Shown here: positions 10,463 to 22,500 of the stretch, piece after piece | Layout of the letters: every line of letters begins with the position of its first letter | Numbering within the stretch: position 1 is the first letter of the stretch | Source of the DNA: Candidatus Versatilivorator sp. | GTDB lineage: Bacteria > Acidobacteriota > Terriglobia > Versatilivoradales > Versatilivoraceae | Length of the DNA stretch: 64,000 nucleotides | Assembly: GCA_965207735.1 (NCBI GenBank) | Contig: OZ242296.1 | Location: 5,200,215 to 5,264,214, forward strand | Direction of reading: 5' to 3' | Translations under genes and position numbers: made by a program | The notes under the pieces: generated by a model | Databases searched by the model: none | What the model saw: the letters and a program-made list of their open reading frames with translations, nothing else | Told to the model about the DNA's origin: nothing

Positions 10463-10713
10463 TACTGCTCCTGAAAGCACAGCTCCACCGCCGGTCTCCC
10501 GGCGTGCCCGCCAACCCTGCCTTCTTGGACTCCTGACCGTAATCCATGCTTGAATGGCGCACTGAGAATTGTGGTTGGCTGCCGCGGCGCCGAGTCGAAC
10601 GGGAGGGCGCATGATACCATAGTCACCGGTTATCCTTTCCGCTTGGTGCCCCGATGAGAATTGGGGGCCGGGGTCACGCTAAAAGGCGGTTCCTTCCGCG
10701 AACGATTCGGTCC

Positions 10714-12768
10714 ATGAGTGCTGTCGATCCAATTCCGGCAGGGTTCCAGGGGCAACGGGTAGTTGCCTTCGAAAGCCGTTTGGCCGAGGAAATGGCCTCA
10801 TTGATCTCCAGACACCAGGGTGTGCCCCAACTGGCGCCGGCCATGTCGGAGGTCCCGCTGGAAGAGAACGTCGGCGCCATCCGATTTGGGGAAAGGCTGC
10901 TCCGGGGAGAGGTTGCGGTGGTGGTCTTCATGACAGGCGTGGGAACCCGGACCCTGATGGAGGTGCTGCACAGGCGCTACCGGCAACGGGACCTGCTTCG
11001 GGCCCTGGCCGGAGCTACCCTGATCGCGCGCGGCCCCAAGCCCATTGCAGCCTTGCGGGCCCTGGGGCTGTCCACGGTCATTCCCGTTCCCGAACCCAAT
11101 ACCTGGCGAGAAGTTCTGGAAGTGATGGATACCAGCGAGGGTTGCCCCAACCTCTCCGGATTGACGGTGGCCGTTCAGGAGTATGGGACCCCCAATCGAC
11201 CCTTTCTGGAAGAACTCGGGAAAAGGGGAGCCGAGGTGCTCCAGGTCCCGGTCTATCGGTGGACGCTGCCCTCCGACACCCGTCCCCTTTGTCGTGCCAT
11301 CGATGCCCTGATCGCCGGAACCTGCCAGGTTGCCCTGTTTACCAATTCCGTGCAGGTGTCGCACCTCTTCCAGTTGGCAAGCCAGCAGCGGAAGGCCGCT
11401 GCGTTGCGCCACGCGTTGAACGGTACGGTAACCGCTTCAATCGGGCCCAATTGCAGCCAGGCGCTGCGCCGCGAGCTGGTGCGAGTGGACCTGGAAGCCG
11501 GCCAGCCCAACATGGCCTGCCTGGTGGAGGAGGCCTCCAGGAGAGGCGCCGGCATGACGCGGAGCAAAGAAGCCTCCCCTTCTTCCAGAGTGGTCGTTCC
11601 GGTGGAGGTGGACTCGGGAACTAAGGACCCGTCGACCTGCAACCCGTTGGACAGCAGCGTCTTCATGAGAGCCTGCCGCCGCCGGTCCACCGAATACACG
11701 CCGGTCTGGCTCATGCGCCAGGCCGGGCGCTACATGGCGGAGTACCGGGCTATTCGCTCCAGGACCTCATTTCTCGGCTTGTGCAAGAACTCCGACCTGG
11801 CAGCCGAAGTCACCGTGACCGCGGCCCATCGTCTCGGAGTGGATGCCGCCATCATCTTTGCCGATATCCTTCTGATCGTGGAGCCCATGGGCTTGGGTCT
11901 CACCTTCGAGGACGGGGAGGGGCCCAGCATCCAGGGGGTGATCCGTTCACAGGCGGAGGTGGATCGTCTGTCGGAAGTCAACCCGGAGGAATCCCTGTCC
12001 TTCGTGTTCGACGCCGTTCGCAAGGCTCGGGCAGGCCTGCGGTCCGACCTGCCGCTGATTGGGTTTGCCGGCGCCCCCTTTACGCTGGCCTCCTACATCA
12101 CCGAGGGGGGAGGGTCCAAGAATTACATCCACACCAAGGAGCTGATGTACCGCCATCCCGGAGCCTGGGACAGCATGATGCAGTTGATTTCCCGGAGCGT
12201 GACCCGGTACCTCAACGGGCAGATTCGCGCCGGGGCGCAGGCCGTTCAGCTCTTCGACAGCTGGGCCGGCTGCCTCAGCCCCGAGGACTACCGGCGCTCG
12301 GTGCTGCCCTACACCGTCCAGGTGATCGAAAACATCAGGCCCCGAGTACCGGTCATCTACTTCTCGACGGGTACCGGCGGATACCTGGAGTTGGTTGCGT
12401 CGACCGGGGCCGACGTGATCGGGGTGGACTGGCGCATCGACTTGGCTCGGGCCTGGGCCAAGATCGGCGAGGGGCAGGCGGTGCAGGGCAACCTGGATCC
12501 CCTGGCGCTGCTGGGGGATCCCGGGAGCATCGCGGACAAAGCCGGGGAAATCCTGGATCGGGTTGGAGGGCGGCCGGGCCACATTTTCAATCTGGGCCAC
12601 GGCGTTCTGCCCCAGACCCCGGTGGATCACGTGGTGAGACTGGTGGACGCCGTTCACGAGCGAAGCCGGAAGGCAGGGTCATCCGAAGGAGGGGCTTGTC
12701 TGAAACAACCGAAAAAAGACAAAAGACTTATCCACGAAGGGGCACGAAGAACGACGAAGGGACACTAA
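10714..12768 (+). CDS. hemE: Fused uroporphyrinogen-III synthase (HemD) / uroporphyrinogen decarboxylase (HemE)
   Basis: N-half VFMTGVGTR...ARGPKP...VYRW (HemD); C-half PVWLMRQAGRYM, GFAGAPFTLASY, FNLGHG (HemE). Confidence 0.92.
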   Translation: MSAVDPIPAGFQGQRVVAFESRLAEEMASLISRHQGVPQLAPAMSEVPLEENVGAIRFGERLLRGEVAVVVFMTGVGTRTLMEVLHRRYRQRDLLRALAGATLIARGPKPIAALRALGLSTVIPVPEPNTWREVLEVMDTSEGCPNLSGLTVAVQEYGTPNRPFLEELGKRGAEVLQVPVYRWTLPSDTRPLCRAIDALIAGTCQVALFTNSVQVSHLFQLASQQRKAAALRHALNGTVTASIGPNCSQALRRELVRVDLEAGQPNMACLVEEASRRGAGMTRSKEASPSSRVVVPVEVDSGTKDPSTCNPLDSSVFMRACRRRSTEYTPVWLMRQAGRYMAEYRAIRSRTSFLGLCKNSDLAAEVTVTAAHRLGVDAAIIFADILLIVEPMGLGLTFEDGEGPSIQGVIRSQAEVDRLSEVNPEESLSFVFDAVRKARAGLRSDLPLIGFAGAPFTLASYITEGGGSKNYIHTKELMYRHPGAWDSMMQLISRSVTRYLNGQIRAGAQAVQLFDSWAGCLSPEDYRRSVLPYTVQVIENIRPRVPVIYFSTGTGGYLELVASTGADVIGVDWRIDLARAWAKIGEGQAVQGNLDPLALLGDPGSIADKAGEILDRVGGRPGHIFNLGHGVLPQTPVDHVVRLVDAVHERSRKAGSSEGGACLKQPKKDKRLIHEGARRTTKGH

Positions 12769-12877
12769 GGCGCTGAGGTTGGCCGCGACGGGGTACCAAG
12801 TTCGCGAAAGGATTGTCGATTTCTGATTGTTTCACTCTCGAATGATCTGCACGGTAGGGCAGGGACGGGGGGCGGCT
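12695..12877 (-). repeat. R1 long unit, reverse orientation, overlapping the hemDE 3' end
   Basis: Reverse complement aligns to the 1530-1712 unit. Confidence 0.88.
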
Positions 12878-12917
12878 AACCGGGTTGAGCGGGAAGATTT
12901 CGGCGGCCAGAAACGGA

Positions 12918-12946
12918 TTGACTTTCCAGGAGAAGGCTCTTAAGGT
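12918..12946 (+). promoter_or_regulatory. Sigma70 promoter of tRNA-Gly
   Basis: TTGACT-17 bp-TAAGGT, 11 bp upstream of tRNA. Confidence 0.65.
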
Positions 12947-12957
12947 TTGGAGCATTG

Positions 12958-13032
<75 letters not shown>

Positions 13033-13043
13033 GATTCTAAGAC

Positions 13044-13104
13044 AGGGCTATCGATCAGGACGCGGCCGCTTTCTACGGTCGAGCTTGGTCGATAGCCCTT
13101 TTTT
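13044..13104 (+). terminator. Rho-independent terminator after tRNA-Gly
   Basis: AGGGCTATCGA...TCGATAGCCCT stem followed by a T run. Confidence 0.75.
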
Positions 13105-13124
13105 GTGGAGAACGACAGGGGTTA

Positions 13125-14238
13125 GCCCGCATTTCTCAGTGCGCCATGGAAAGGCGCCTTCTTCCAACGGGTGCGAAACCCGTCCAACAACTGTCGCTCC
13201 GGTTGGTAGCAGCCAGGGCGGATCATGGAGGTAACGATATGGTCTGAAGCCCTCTGGTGTCAAAGGGCCGCTTAAGGCGGTTCAGCGAGCATGCGGGCCG
13301 GAACGCGAGTGAACGTCGAGCAGGCCTCGAAACGGGCAATGCGGGGGCCGACCCACCTGAGAAATGGGGAAGGCCGAAGACGGAGGGGGAAGCGAGCGAC
13401 GCGGGCACCCCTTTGGACCCGCCGGGGTAGTGGCGCTGGCACGCATGGAAGGGGAAGAAGGCAGCAACATGGGAAGCCCTGTGGGTGGTGAGGCACGCAC
13501 CGAACCGGAAGCTCGCGAGAGTCAGTCTAGGCCGACAGGGTGGCGGAGAGGCCTGTAGTACCGGAGAAGCCGGGTAATACCGGTGGAGGGAAGGGGCCTC
13601 AGGTGAGGAGCGGTGACCGAAGGGGGAAGGGTCCCGGGAGTGGCGAAAGCCTGAAACCCCGACCAAAAAAGGGCCGGAGACTCCGGAAGCATCACATGCA
13701 AAAGTGAAAGGGTCGTCGGAGGAGGACGGCGTCGTCAGGGCATCAACAGGCCTGGCGGCAACCCGGGAGCGGAAGTGGATGGAGTGGGGGACGGGTGCCA
13801 ATCCCATAGGAGTCGTCCACGGATGCGAGCGGGGACCTGTGTGCGAGACGCATGATCCCACTGGAGAGCCGAGATGCGGGAAAACCGCACGTCCGGTTCG
13901 GAGAGCGGGGACTGGAAACGTGATAAGGGAGCCGGACTGAGGCCCGAAGCGAAAGCGACGGAATAGCCACCGGACCCTATAGTCAACGCGCCAGTCCTCG
14001 ACTCTACCCAGGTCGCTGGTGCCATGACGACAAGTAGTTTATCTTCAGTACGTTGATTGGCTCTATGGTAAGGGCTTGCGGGTAACAGACTGCGCTGGGC
14101 ATGCCTTGGCTTGTCTTTTTCCCTTCAGCGCGCACATGCTCCCTCGCGCGTAGTGACCGCTACGCTCTTCGGTCGCGAGCACGCGCTGAAGGGAAAAATC
14201 CTGCGCCATGTTCATGCCCCCTGGTGAGAAATGCGGGC
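13125..14238. mobile_element. IS1380-related MITE (~245 bp without the intron), left IR interrupted by a group II intron
   Basis: Ends GCCCGCATTTCTCA|CCAG and CTGGTGAGAAATGCGGGC match the IRs of the IS1380 at 45.8-48.4 kb; no transposase. Confidence 0.88.
13139..14007 (+). ncRNA. ORF-less group II intron, copy 1 (869 nt)
   Basis: 5' GTGCG; DIII-like GTAGTACC...GGAGGGAAGGGG; DV GAGCCGAGATGCGGGAAAACCGCACGTCCGGTTC (13866-13899); long DVI ending CTCTAC; no RT ORF. Confidence 0.93.
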
Positions 14239-14507
14239 TAGTCTGAAAACCGCTGGCCGGCTTCCTCAGTTGCCAGCAGGTTGCAGCCTGCCTGGTTGGC
14301 AAACCGCATCCGGCAATGGAACACCCCCTCATTGACCTCTTCCAGGTCGGCCCTGAGGCAGGTGAAGGGCTCCATGTGTGTGGGGGTGTCGTGCACGCCG
14401 TAATCCATGCTCTCCGCCCTCCGCCGCTGCCGGGTCAGCGCGACCACGGCCAAAGCGAGCCCCTTGGCCAACAGTATGATTGACAGGTAGAGATAGAAGT
14501 GGGTCAT
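14238..14507 (-). CDS. Small hypothetical membrane protein (89 aa)
   Basis: N-terminal TM followed by an Arg cluster; GC3-biased codons; stop coincides with the MITE end. Confidence 0.55.
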   Translation of the reverse strand: MTHFYLYLSIILLAKGLALAVVALTRQRRRAESMDYGVHDTPTHMEPFTCLRADLEEVNEGVFHCRMRFANQAGCNLLATEEAGQRFSD

Positions 14508-14930
14508 GACTGTAACCCGCCGAAAGGTTCCAGCTGAACCATGGGCGCATGGGCCGGGGGGTGGGACGCCCGGTGCTTGCCACCAAGACTCTAGGATTCA
14601 CTCCCGGGTTTGTCAACCGGAGTGTTGCAGCGGTTCCTTCACAATTAACATGGATGCACAGGATAACCAGGACGGGACGCTGCTGCAGGAGAAGCCGGCT
14701 CCGGCAGGGACAGGATGCGGGCGGAACGCCCGCGCTCCCGGAAGTGCCGATCACTCCCCGCTTGAGAGGGGAAGCGGGCGCGGACAAGGCTGGAGAGACT
14801 ACCGATGATCCTGGCATAGCCGGGTGTCCAGTGCGGCCGAAACACGCCGGTTTTGATCTTGACTTGAACTTTCTCAACCGCTTAGATTGGGCCGGGGACA
14901 ATAGCAATTGAATGTGCGGCCAGAGGCGAT

Positions 14931-16601
14931 ATGAGAATCCTGTCGAGCGCGCAGATGAGCTGGGTGGACCGGGAGACGACGGTCCGGTATGGCCTTCCCA
15001 GCCTGCTGCTCATGGAGAACGCCGGCAGCGGCGTCGTGCGGGAAATGGAACGGCACTTTGAGGGTCTCAAGGGCCTGAAGGTGCTGGTGGTCTGCGGCAA
15101 GGGGAACAACGGAGGAGACGGCTTGGTGGTGGCCCGACACCTCCACCTGGAAGGCGTGGCCACGGAAGTGGTCCTGATGGCTCGGCCCGAGTCCTTGAAG
15201 GGTGACGCCAGGACCAATCTGGAAGTGGCCCAAAAGATGGGAGTTCCCATAGAGTGGATCGTCGAGGAAGGCAATTGGTCCGACAGACTGCAGTCCCGCC
15301 TGGCCCCCGCCCGGACCGACATCCTGGTGGACGCCCTTTTGGGCACGGGAGTCAGACTGCCATTGACAGGATTCATGATGGAGGTCGTCAGGTGCCTGAG
15401 ACGCTTTCCCCGCGTGGTGGCCATCGATCTTCCCTCCGGCCTGGACTGCGATTGCCTGGGGACTCCCGAGCACGAAATGGTGGCCCCGGTGTCGGAACTG
15501 ACGGTGACCTTCACCGCGCCCAAGCCGGCCCATATTTTTGCGCCGCCGGCTCGATTTTCCGGAAAGTGGGTGGTGGTTCCCATCGGCAGCCCGCCCGCAC
15601 TGGTGGGGGAGTCGGGGTCCTGGCTCCATCAGGTCACCCGGGCCGAGGCTGCAGCCACCCTGCAGGACTTTGCCAGAGAGCCCGAGGCTCACAAGGGACA
15701 CTTCGGTCACGTCCTGGCAGTTGCCGGTTCGACCGGCAAGACCGGGGCCGCCGCCATGGCGGCGCAAGCGTCTCTGGCCTGTGGCGCCGGCCTGGTGACC
15801 CTGGCGGTGCCCGCCCCTTGCCAACCGGTCGTGGCCGGCCAACTTCTGGAAGTCATGACGGAGCCGCTGGCAGCCACCCCGGGAGGCGCATTCTCCACCA
15901 AGGCGTTCGACTACTCGAGGGTCGAGGACTTGCTGCAGGGCAAGACGGTAGTCGCCCTGGGGCCGGGATTGGGGCGCGATAGTGAGACCGTCCACTTTGT
16001 CAGGCGCTTTCTTGAGGCATGCCGGCTGCCGGTGGTGCTCGACGCCGACGGCATCAACGCCTGCCAGGGGGCTTTGGAGCTGTTGAGGCGCAAGGAAGAG
16101 GTGTTGGTGCTGACTCCCCATCCAGGGGAATTTGCACGGCTGTTGGGGATCTCGAGCCGGGAACTGCTGGAGGACCGAATCGAGCTGGCCAGGGGCTTCG
16201 CCATGGAGCGCGGCCTGTATCTGATCTTGAAGGGGCACCAGACCCTGCTGGCCTCGCCCTCCGGCCAAGTCTACCTGAATTCAAGTGGGAATCCGGGCAT
16301 GGCCAAGGGAGGGTCGGGAGACGTGCTGACCGGAATCGTGTCCGGACTCATGGCCCAATGGTTTTCGATGCCGGCCACCAGAGACCGCCGCGGGAAACAC
16401 GATCTGGAGTCTGTCATCACCCTGGCCGTTTTCGTTCATGGTCTGGCCGGCGATCTGGCTCTGGAGATCCGTGGAGATCAATCGGTGATGGCCTCCGATC
16501 TGACCGGCTTCGCGGCCGAGGCCCTGCGGCGGACCCGGGAGGGTTCCCCCTGGTTGGGAGCGAGCCGCGCCGCCTGCAGCCGCAATTGCCAGTCGGACTG
16601 A
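14931..16601 (+). CDS. nnr: Bifunctional NAD(P)H-hydrate epimerase/dehydratase
   Basis: LMENAG, GKGNNGGDG, LTPHPGEF, GNPGMAKGGSGDVLTG. Confidence 0.95.
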   Translation: MRILSSAQMSWVDRETTVRYGLPSLLLMENAGSGVVREMERHFEGLKGLKVLVVCGKGNNGGDGLVVARHLHLEGVATEVVLMARPESLKGDARTNLEVAQKMGVPIEWIVEEGNWSDRLQSRLAPARTDILVDALLGTGVRLPLTGFMMEVVRCLRRFPRVVAIDLPSGLDCDCLGTPEHEMVAPVSELTVTFTAPKPAHIFAPPARFSGKWVVVPIGSPPALVGESGSWLHQVTRAEAAATLQDFAREPEAHKGHFGHVLAVAGSTGKTGAAAMAAQASLACGAGLVTLAVPAPCQPVVAGQLLEVMTEPLAATPGGAFSTKAFDYSRVEDLLQGKTVVALGPGLGRDSETVHFVRRFLEACRLPVVLDADGINACQGALELLRRKEEVLVLTPHPGEFARLLGISSRELLEDRIELARGFAMERGLYLILKGHQTLLASPSGQVYLNSSGNPGMAKGGSGDVLTGIVSGLMAQWFSMPATRDRRGKHDLESVITLAVFVHGLAGDLALEIRGDQSVMASDLTGFAAEALRRTREGSPWLGASRAACSRNCQSD

Positions 16602-16606
16602 ACCCG

Positions 16607-17065
16607 ATGACCCTGAATATCTTCAGCCATTCCGCGAGGCAAACCTTTCAGGCGGCCTTCGCCATGGGCCAAACGTTGGAGCGGCCCCGGATGTTTTTGC
16701 TGGACGGTCCCCTGGGAGTCGGAAAGACCGTGTTTTGCAAGGGGATGGTCTGTGGATTGGGACTGGAGGATCCGGATGAGGTCACCAGTCCGTCTTTCAC
16801 CCTGATCAACGAGTACAGGGCTCGGCTGCCCGTGTTTCACCTGGACTTGTATCGCGTCGAGCCGGGTCCCGACCTGGAGACTCTTGGCCTGGAGGAGATC
16901 CTGGACCGGGAAGCGGTGATCCTGGTGGAGTGGCCGGAAAAGCTGCGAGAGCAGGACCGCCAGGGAGCTGTTCGGGTGGGTTTCGTGGATCTGGGCGGAG
17001 AGAGCCGGCGCATTGAAGTGGGAACGGCTTCGGCTTGCCGACCGGGGGGGTGGACGGTTTCATGA
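16607..17065 (+). CDS. tsaE: tRNA t6A biosynthesis ATPase TsaE
   Basis: GPLGVGKT, VTSPSFTLINEY, HLDLYR, LVEWPE. Confidence 0.93.
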   Translation: MTLNIFSHSARQTFQAAFAMGQTLERPRMFLLDGPLGVGKTVFCKGMVCGLGLEDPDEVTSPSFTLINEYRARLPVFHLDLYRVEPGPDLETLGLEEILDREAVILVEWPEKLREQDRQGAVRVGFVDLGGESRRIEVGTASACRPGGWTVS

Positions 17066-17790
17066 AGCTGGATGTGTTGGCCTTCGGGGCCCATCCGGAT
17101 GATGTCGAGTTGTCTGTGGGCGGAACTCTGGCCAAGTTGGCCAGTCTGGGGCATCGAACCGGTATCGCGGACATGACTCGCGGTGAGTTGGGGACCCGGG
17201 GAACCTCCCGAACCCGGGCTCGGGAAGCCCAAGCCGCGGCCGAGGTCCTGGAATTGAAGACCAGAGTCAACCTGGGGCTTCGAGACGCCCACCTTCAGGA
17301 CACCTTGGCGGCACGCCTCAAAGTCGTCGCGCAACTGCGGGAATTTCGTCCGGGCCTGGTATTCACTCACCACTGGGATGACCCCCATCCCGATCACGTG
17401 GCTACCAGCCGGATCGTGACGGCCGCCTGCTACCTTTCCGGTCTGAAGAAAATGACGACGGGCCGGCAGCGATTCCGGCCCGATCGTATTGTCTACTTCC
17501 GGCAATCGAGTTTCCTGCCTCCCTCTTTCCTGGTAGATATCAGCGCCTTCTTTGAGCAGAAGATGCGGGCCATAGGCTGTTTTGCTTCCCAATTGCACGA
17601 CCCCGGCTCGGATGAGCCCCGAACCTATTTGAGCGTTCCCGAGTTTCTTCCGGCGCTCGAGACTCTCAACCGGTATTACGGCTCTCTCATCCGGACCAGC
17701 TATGCGGAAGGCTTCCACACCAGGGATGCCTTGGCCGTGGGGGATCCGGCGGCTTTTTTTGCCCGGCCACGAAAGGCGGCTTTGCCATGA
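17062..17790 (+). CDS. bshB1: Bacillithiol biosynthesis deacetylase BshB1
   Basis: AFGAHPDDVE, TRGELGTRG, HPDH; adjacent to bshA. Confidence 0.88.
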   Translation: MKLDVLAFGAHPDDVELSVGGTLAKLASLGHRTGIADMTRGELGTRGTSRTRAREAQAAAEVLELKTRVNLGLRDAHLQDTLAARLKVVAQLREFRPGLVFTHHWDDPHPDHVATSRIVTAACYLSGLKKMTTGRQRFRPDRIVYFRQSSFLPPSFLVDISAFFEQKMRAIGCFASQLHDPGSDEPRTYLSVPEFLPALETLNRYYGSLIRTSYAEGFHTRDALAVGDPAAFFARPRKAALP

Positions 17791-18944
17791 GAATCGGAAT
17801 TACCTGCTATCCCAGCTATGGCGGAAGCGGCGTGGTGGCTACCGAAATCGGCAAGGAGCTGGCCGAACGGGGGCATGAGATCCATTTCATCACCTATGCG
17901 ATCCCGATCAAGCTGGATACCACCAGTGACCGGATCCATTTCCATGAAGTGGAGATGATGAATTATCCCTTGTTCGAGCATCCTCCCTATGCCCTGGCGT
18001 TGGCCACCAAGATGGCCGATGTCGCCATCCACCAGGATCTGGATCTGTTGCATGTCCACTATGCCATTCCCCATTCGGTGAGCGCATTCCTGGCCAAGGA
18101 GATGCTCAAGCCCAAGCGGCTTCCCGTGATCACCACCTTGCACGGGACCGACATCACCCTGGTGGGCAACGATCGATCCTACCTGCCCATTACGCGCCTC
18201 TCGATCGAGAAGAGCAATGGGGTGACGGCGGTCTCCGAGTTTCTGCGGGAACTGACCCGGCGGGAGTTCGAAATGGACGGTCCCATCACCGTCATCCCCA
18301 ATTTCGTCAATTGCGATGTCTTCCAGCGTTCCCAGGATGAAATCCTCAGGGGGAAGTACGCCCTCCCCGAAGAAAGGATCCTGATCCATATTTCCAACTT
18401 CCGCCCGGTCAAGAGAGTCAACCACGTCATCGAGATTTTCGACCGGGTTCAGCGTCAGCTCCCGGCCAGGCTCCTGATGGTGGGGGATGGCCCGGAGCGC
18501 TCCAACGCCGAGTGGCTGGCTCACAACAAAGGGCTGGAACATCGAGTCGTTTTTCTGGGTAAGCAGGATTCCATCGCCGAGTTGCTGGGTGTAGCCGACC
18601 TGCTGCTGCTCCCCAGCGATACCGAGTCCTTCGGACTGGTGGCCCTGGAAGCCATGGCCTGCCAGGTGCCGGTGATCGCCTCCAGGGTGGGGGGTCTTCC
18701 GGAAGTGGTCCGGGATGGGCGGGACGGATATCTGGTGAGTCCCGGAGATGTGACCACCATGGCCTCCCGAGCGGTTGAGCTGTTGACGGATCCTGGACGA
18801 CACCGGGCCATGGGTCGGAATGCCCGCGATTTCGCCATGGAAAAATTCTGTTCCACCAAGATCATTCCCCTTTACGAAGACTATTACAGGCAGGTGATTC
18901 GTGCCGTTCGTCAGGAACTGGAGCTGGGCGCCGCCGCGATTTGA
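17787..18944 (+). CDS. bshA: N-acetyl-alpha-D-glucosaminyl L-malate synthase BshA
   Basis: IGITCYPSYGGSGVVATE, LHVHYAIPH, HISNFRPVKR. Confidence 0.93.
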   Translation: MRIGITCYPSYGGSGVVATEIGKELAERGHEIHFITYAIPIKLDTTSDRIHFHEVEMMNYPLFEHPPYALALATKMADVAIHQDLDLLHVHYAIPHSVSAFLAKEMLKPKRLPVITTLHGTDITLVGNDRSYLPITRLSIEKSNGVTAVSEFLRELTRREFEMDGPITVIPNFVNCDVFQRSQDEILRGKYALPEERILIHISNFRPVKRVNHVIEIFDRVQRQLPARLLMVGDGPERSNAEWLAHNKGLEHRVVFLGKQDSIAELLGVADLLLLPSDTESFGLVALEAMACQVPVIASRVGGLPEVVRDGRDGYLVSPGDVTTMASRAVELLTDPGRHRAMGRNARDFAMEKFCSTKIIPLYEDYYRQVIRAVRQELELGAAAI

Positions 18945-18949
18945 AAATC

Positions 18950-21226
<2,277 letters not shown>

Positions 21227-21440
21227 GGATCAGCGCCACCGAGGAGGAAAAACGGCCGATCGTTCATCAACGTGAACCACGACGGGGAAAAGAGTTATCT
21301 GAATACTCTCCACCCTTCAAACTTCGCTCTTTTGAAACAGGAGCGCTTCAGGCACGTTGTGCGCTGCTTGACCGCCAAGGTCACGCTGTGTCACACTCTT
21401 AGCAATCCCGTCACTGGAGGAGGAGAACAGACCACCCGGC

Positions 21441-22463
21441 ATGATGAAGAAGAGTGTCGCCCTGGGCCATGGGGCGGAGACGATCTTCGGAACCCTCGAC
21501 GAGAACCTGGCTTTTCTCGAAAACGTTTTCGATGTGAGAGTTTCCCTGGCGTCGGAAACCCTGGTCATTGAAGGAAAGGCAGGAGATGTTGAAATTGTCG
21601 AACGGGCGGTGCGGGACTTCAATCAGGTTCGGGAGCAAGGGTTTCAATTCAACAACGGAGAATTCAAGTCCATCCTGAAGGTCATTTCCGAAGACCCCAA
21701 GGTTCGCCTGAAAGATTGCGTTCTTGTTCCGCGGATGCGCCTTTCGGGCAGAAAACAGATTACTCCCCGCAGCCTTAACCAGCATCTGTATCTCCAGTCC
21801 ATAGAAAAATTCGACATGGTTTTCGGTATCGGTCCGGCCGGCACCGGGAAAACCTACCTGGCGGTAGCCATGGCCGTGGCTGCCTTGCTGGCTCGACAGG
21901 TCAATCGGATCATCCTGGCCCGGCCCGCCGTGGAGGCAGGCGAGCGCCTGGGCTTCTTGCCGGGTAGCCTGCAGGAGAAGGTGGACCCCTACCTGCGCCC
22001 CCTCTACGATGCCCTCTACGAGATGCTGGACATCGACAAGGTAGATCGCTATCTGGAACGGGGCACCATCGAGATTGCGCCGATCGCCTTCATGCGCGGC
22101 CGGACACTCAACGATTCCTTCGTGATCCTGGACGAGGCCCAGAACACCACTTCGGAGCAGATGAAGATGTTTGTGACACGCATCGGCTTTCATTCCAAGG
22201 CGGTGATCACGGGAGACATTACCCAGATCGACCTGCCGCCCGGCAAGGTCTCCGGGCTGGTGGAGGCCAGCCGCATTGTCTCCGAGGTCAAGGGGATCGA
22301 TTTCGTCTACTTTCACGAAGGCGATGTGGTCCGCCATCCCCTGGTGCAACGGATCGTTCGCGCCTACGACGCCTACCAGTCGGGAAAGCCGGACCCCACG
22401 CGCGCGCCGGACGATCTTCCGGGCTCCGACCCGACCCCTGAGAATAATCCCAAGCAGGAATAG
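21441..22463 (+). CDS. phoH: PhoH family ATPase
   Basis: GPAGTGKTYLA, LDEAQN, VVRHPLV. Confidence 0.93.
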   Translation: MMKKSVALGHGAETIFGTLDENLAFLENVFDVRVSLASETLVIEGKAGDVEIVERAVRDFNQVREQGFQFNNGEFKSILKVISEDPKVRLKDCVLVPRMRLSGRKQITPRSLNQHLYLQSIEKFDMVFGIGPAGTGKTYLAVAMAVAALLARQVNRIILARPAVEAGERLGFLPGSLQEKVDPYLRPLYDALYEMLDIDKVDRYLERGTIEIAPIAFMRGRTLNDSFVILDEAQNTTSEQMKMFVTRIGFHSKAVITGDITQIDLPPGKVSGLVEASRIVSEVKGIDFVYFHEGDVVRHPLVQRIVRAYDAYQSGKPDPTRAPDDLPGSDPTPENNPKQE

Positions 22464-22500
22464 ACGGCGCCACGCCGATGATGGAGCCAGGTCGTCATTG

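Noticed and set aside
13291-13298. ATGCGGGC as EBS2 pairing with GCCCGCAT
   Set aside because: Complementary, but a second candidate exists at ~13339 and the segment may be structural domain I; cannot be assigned without folding.
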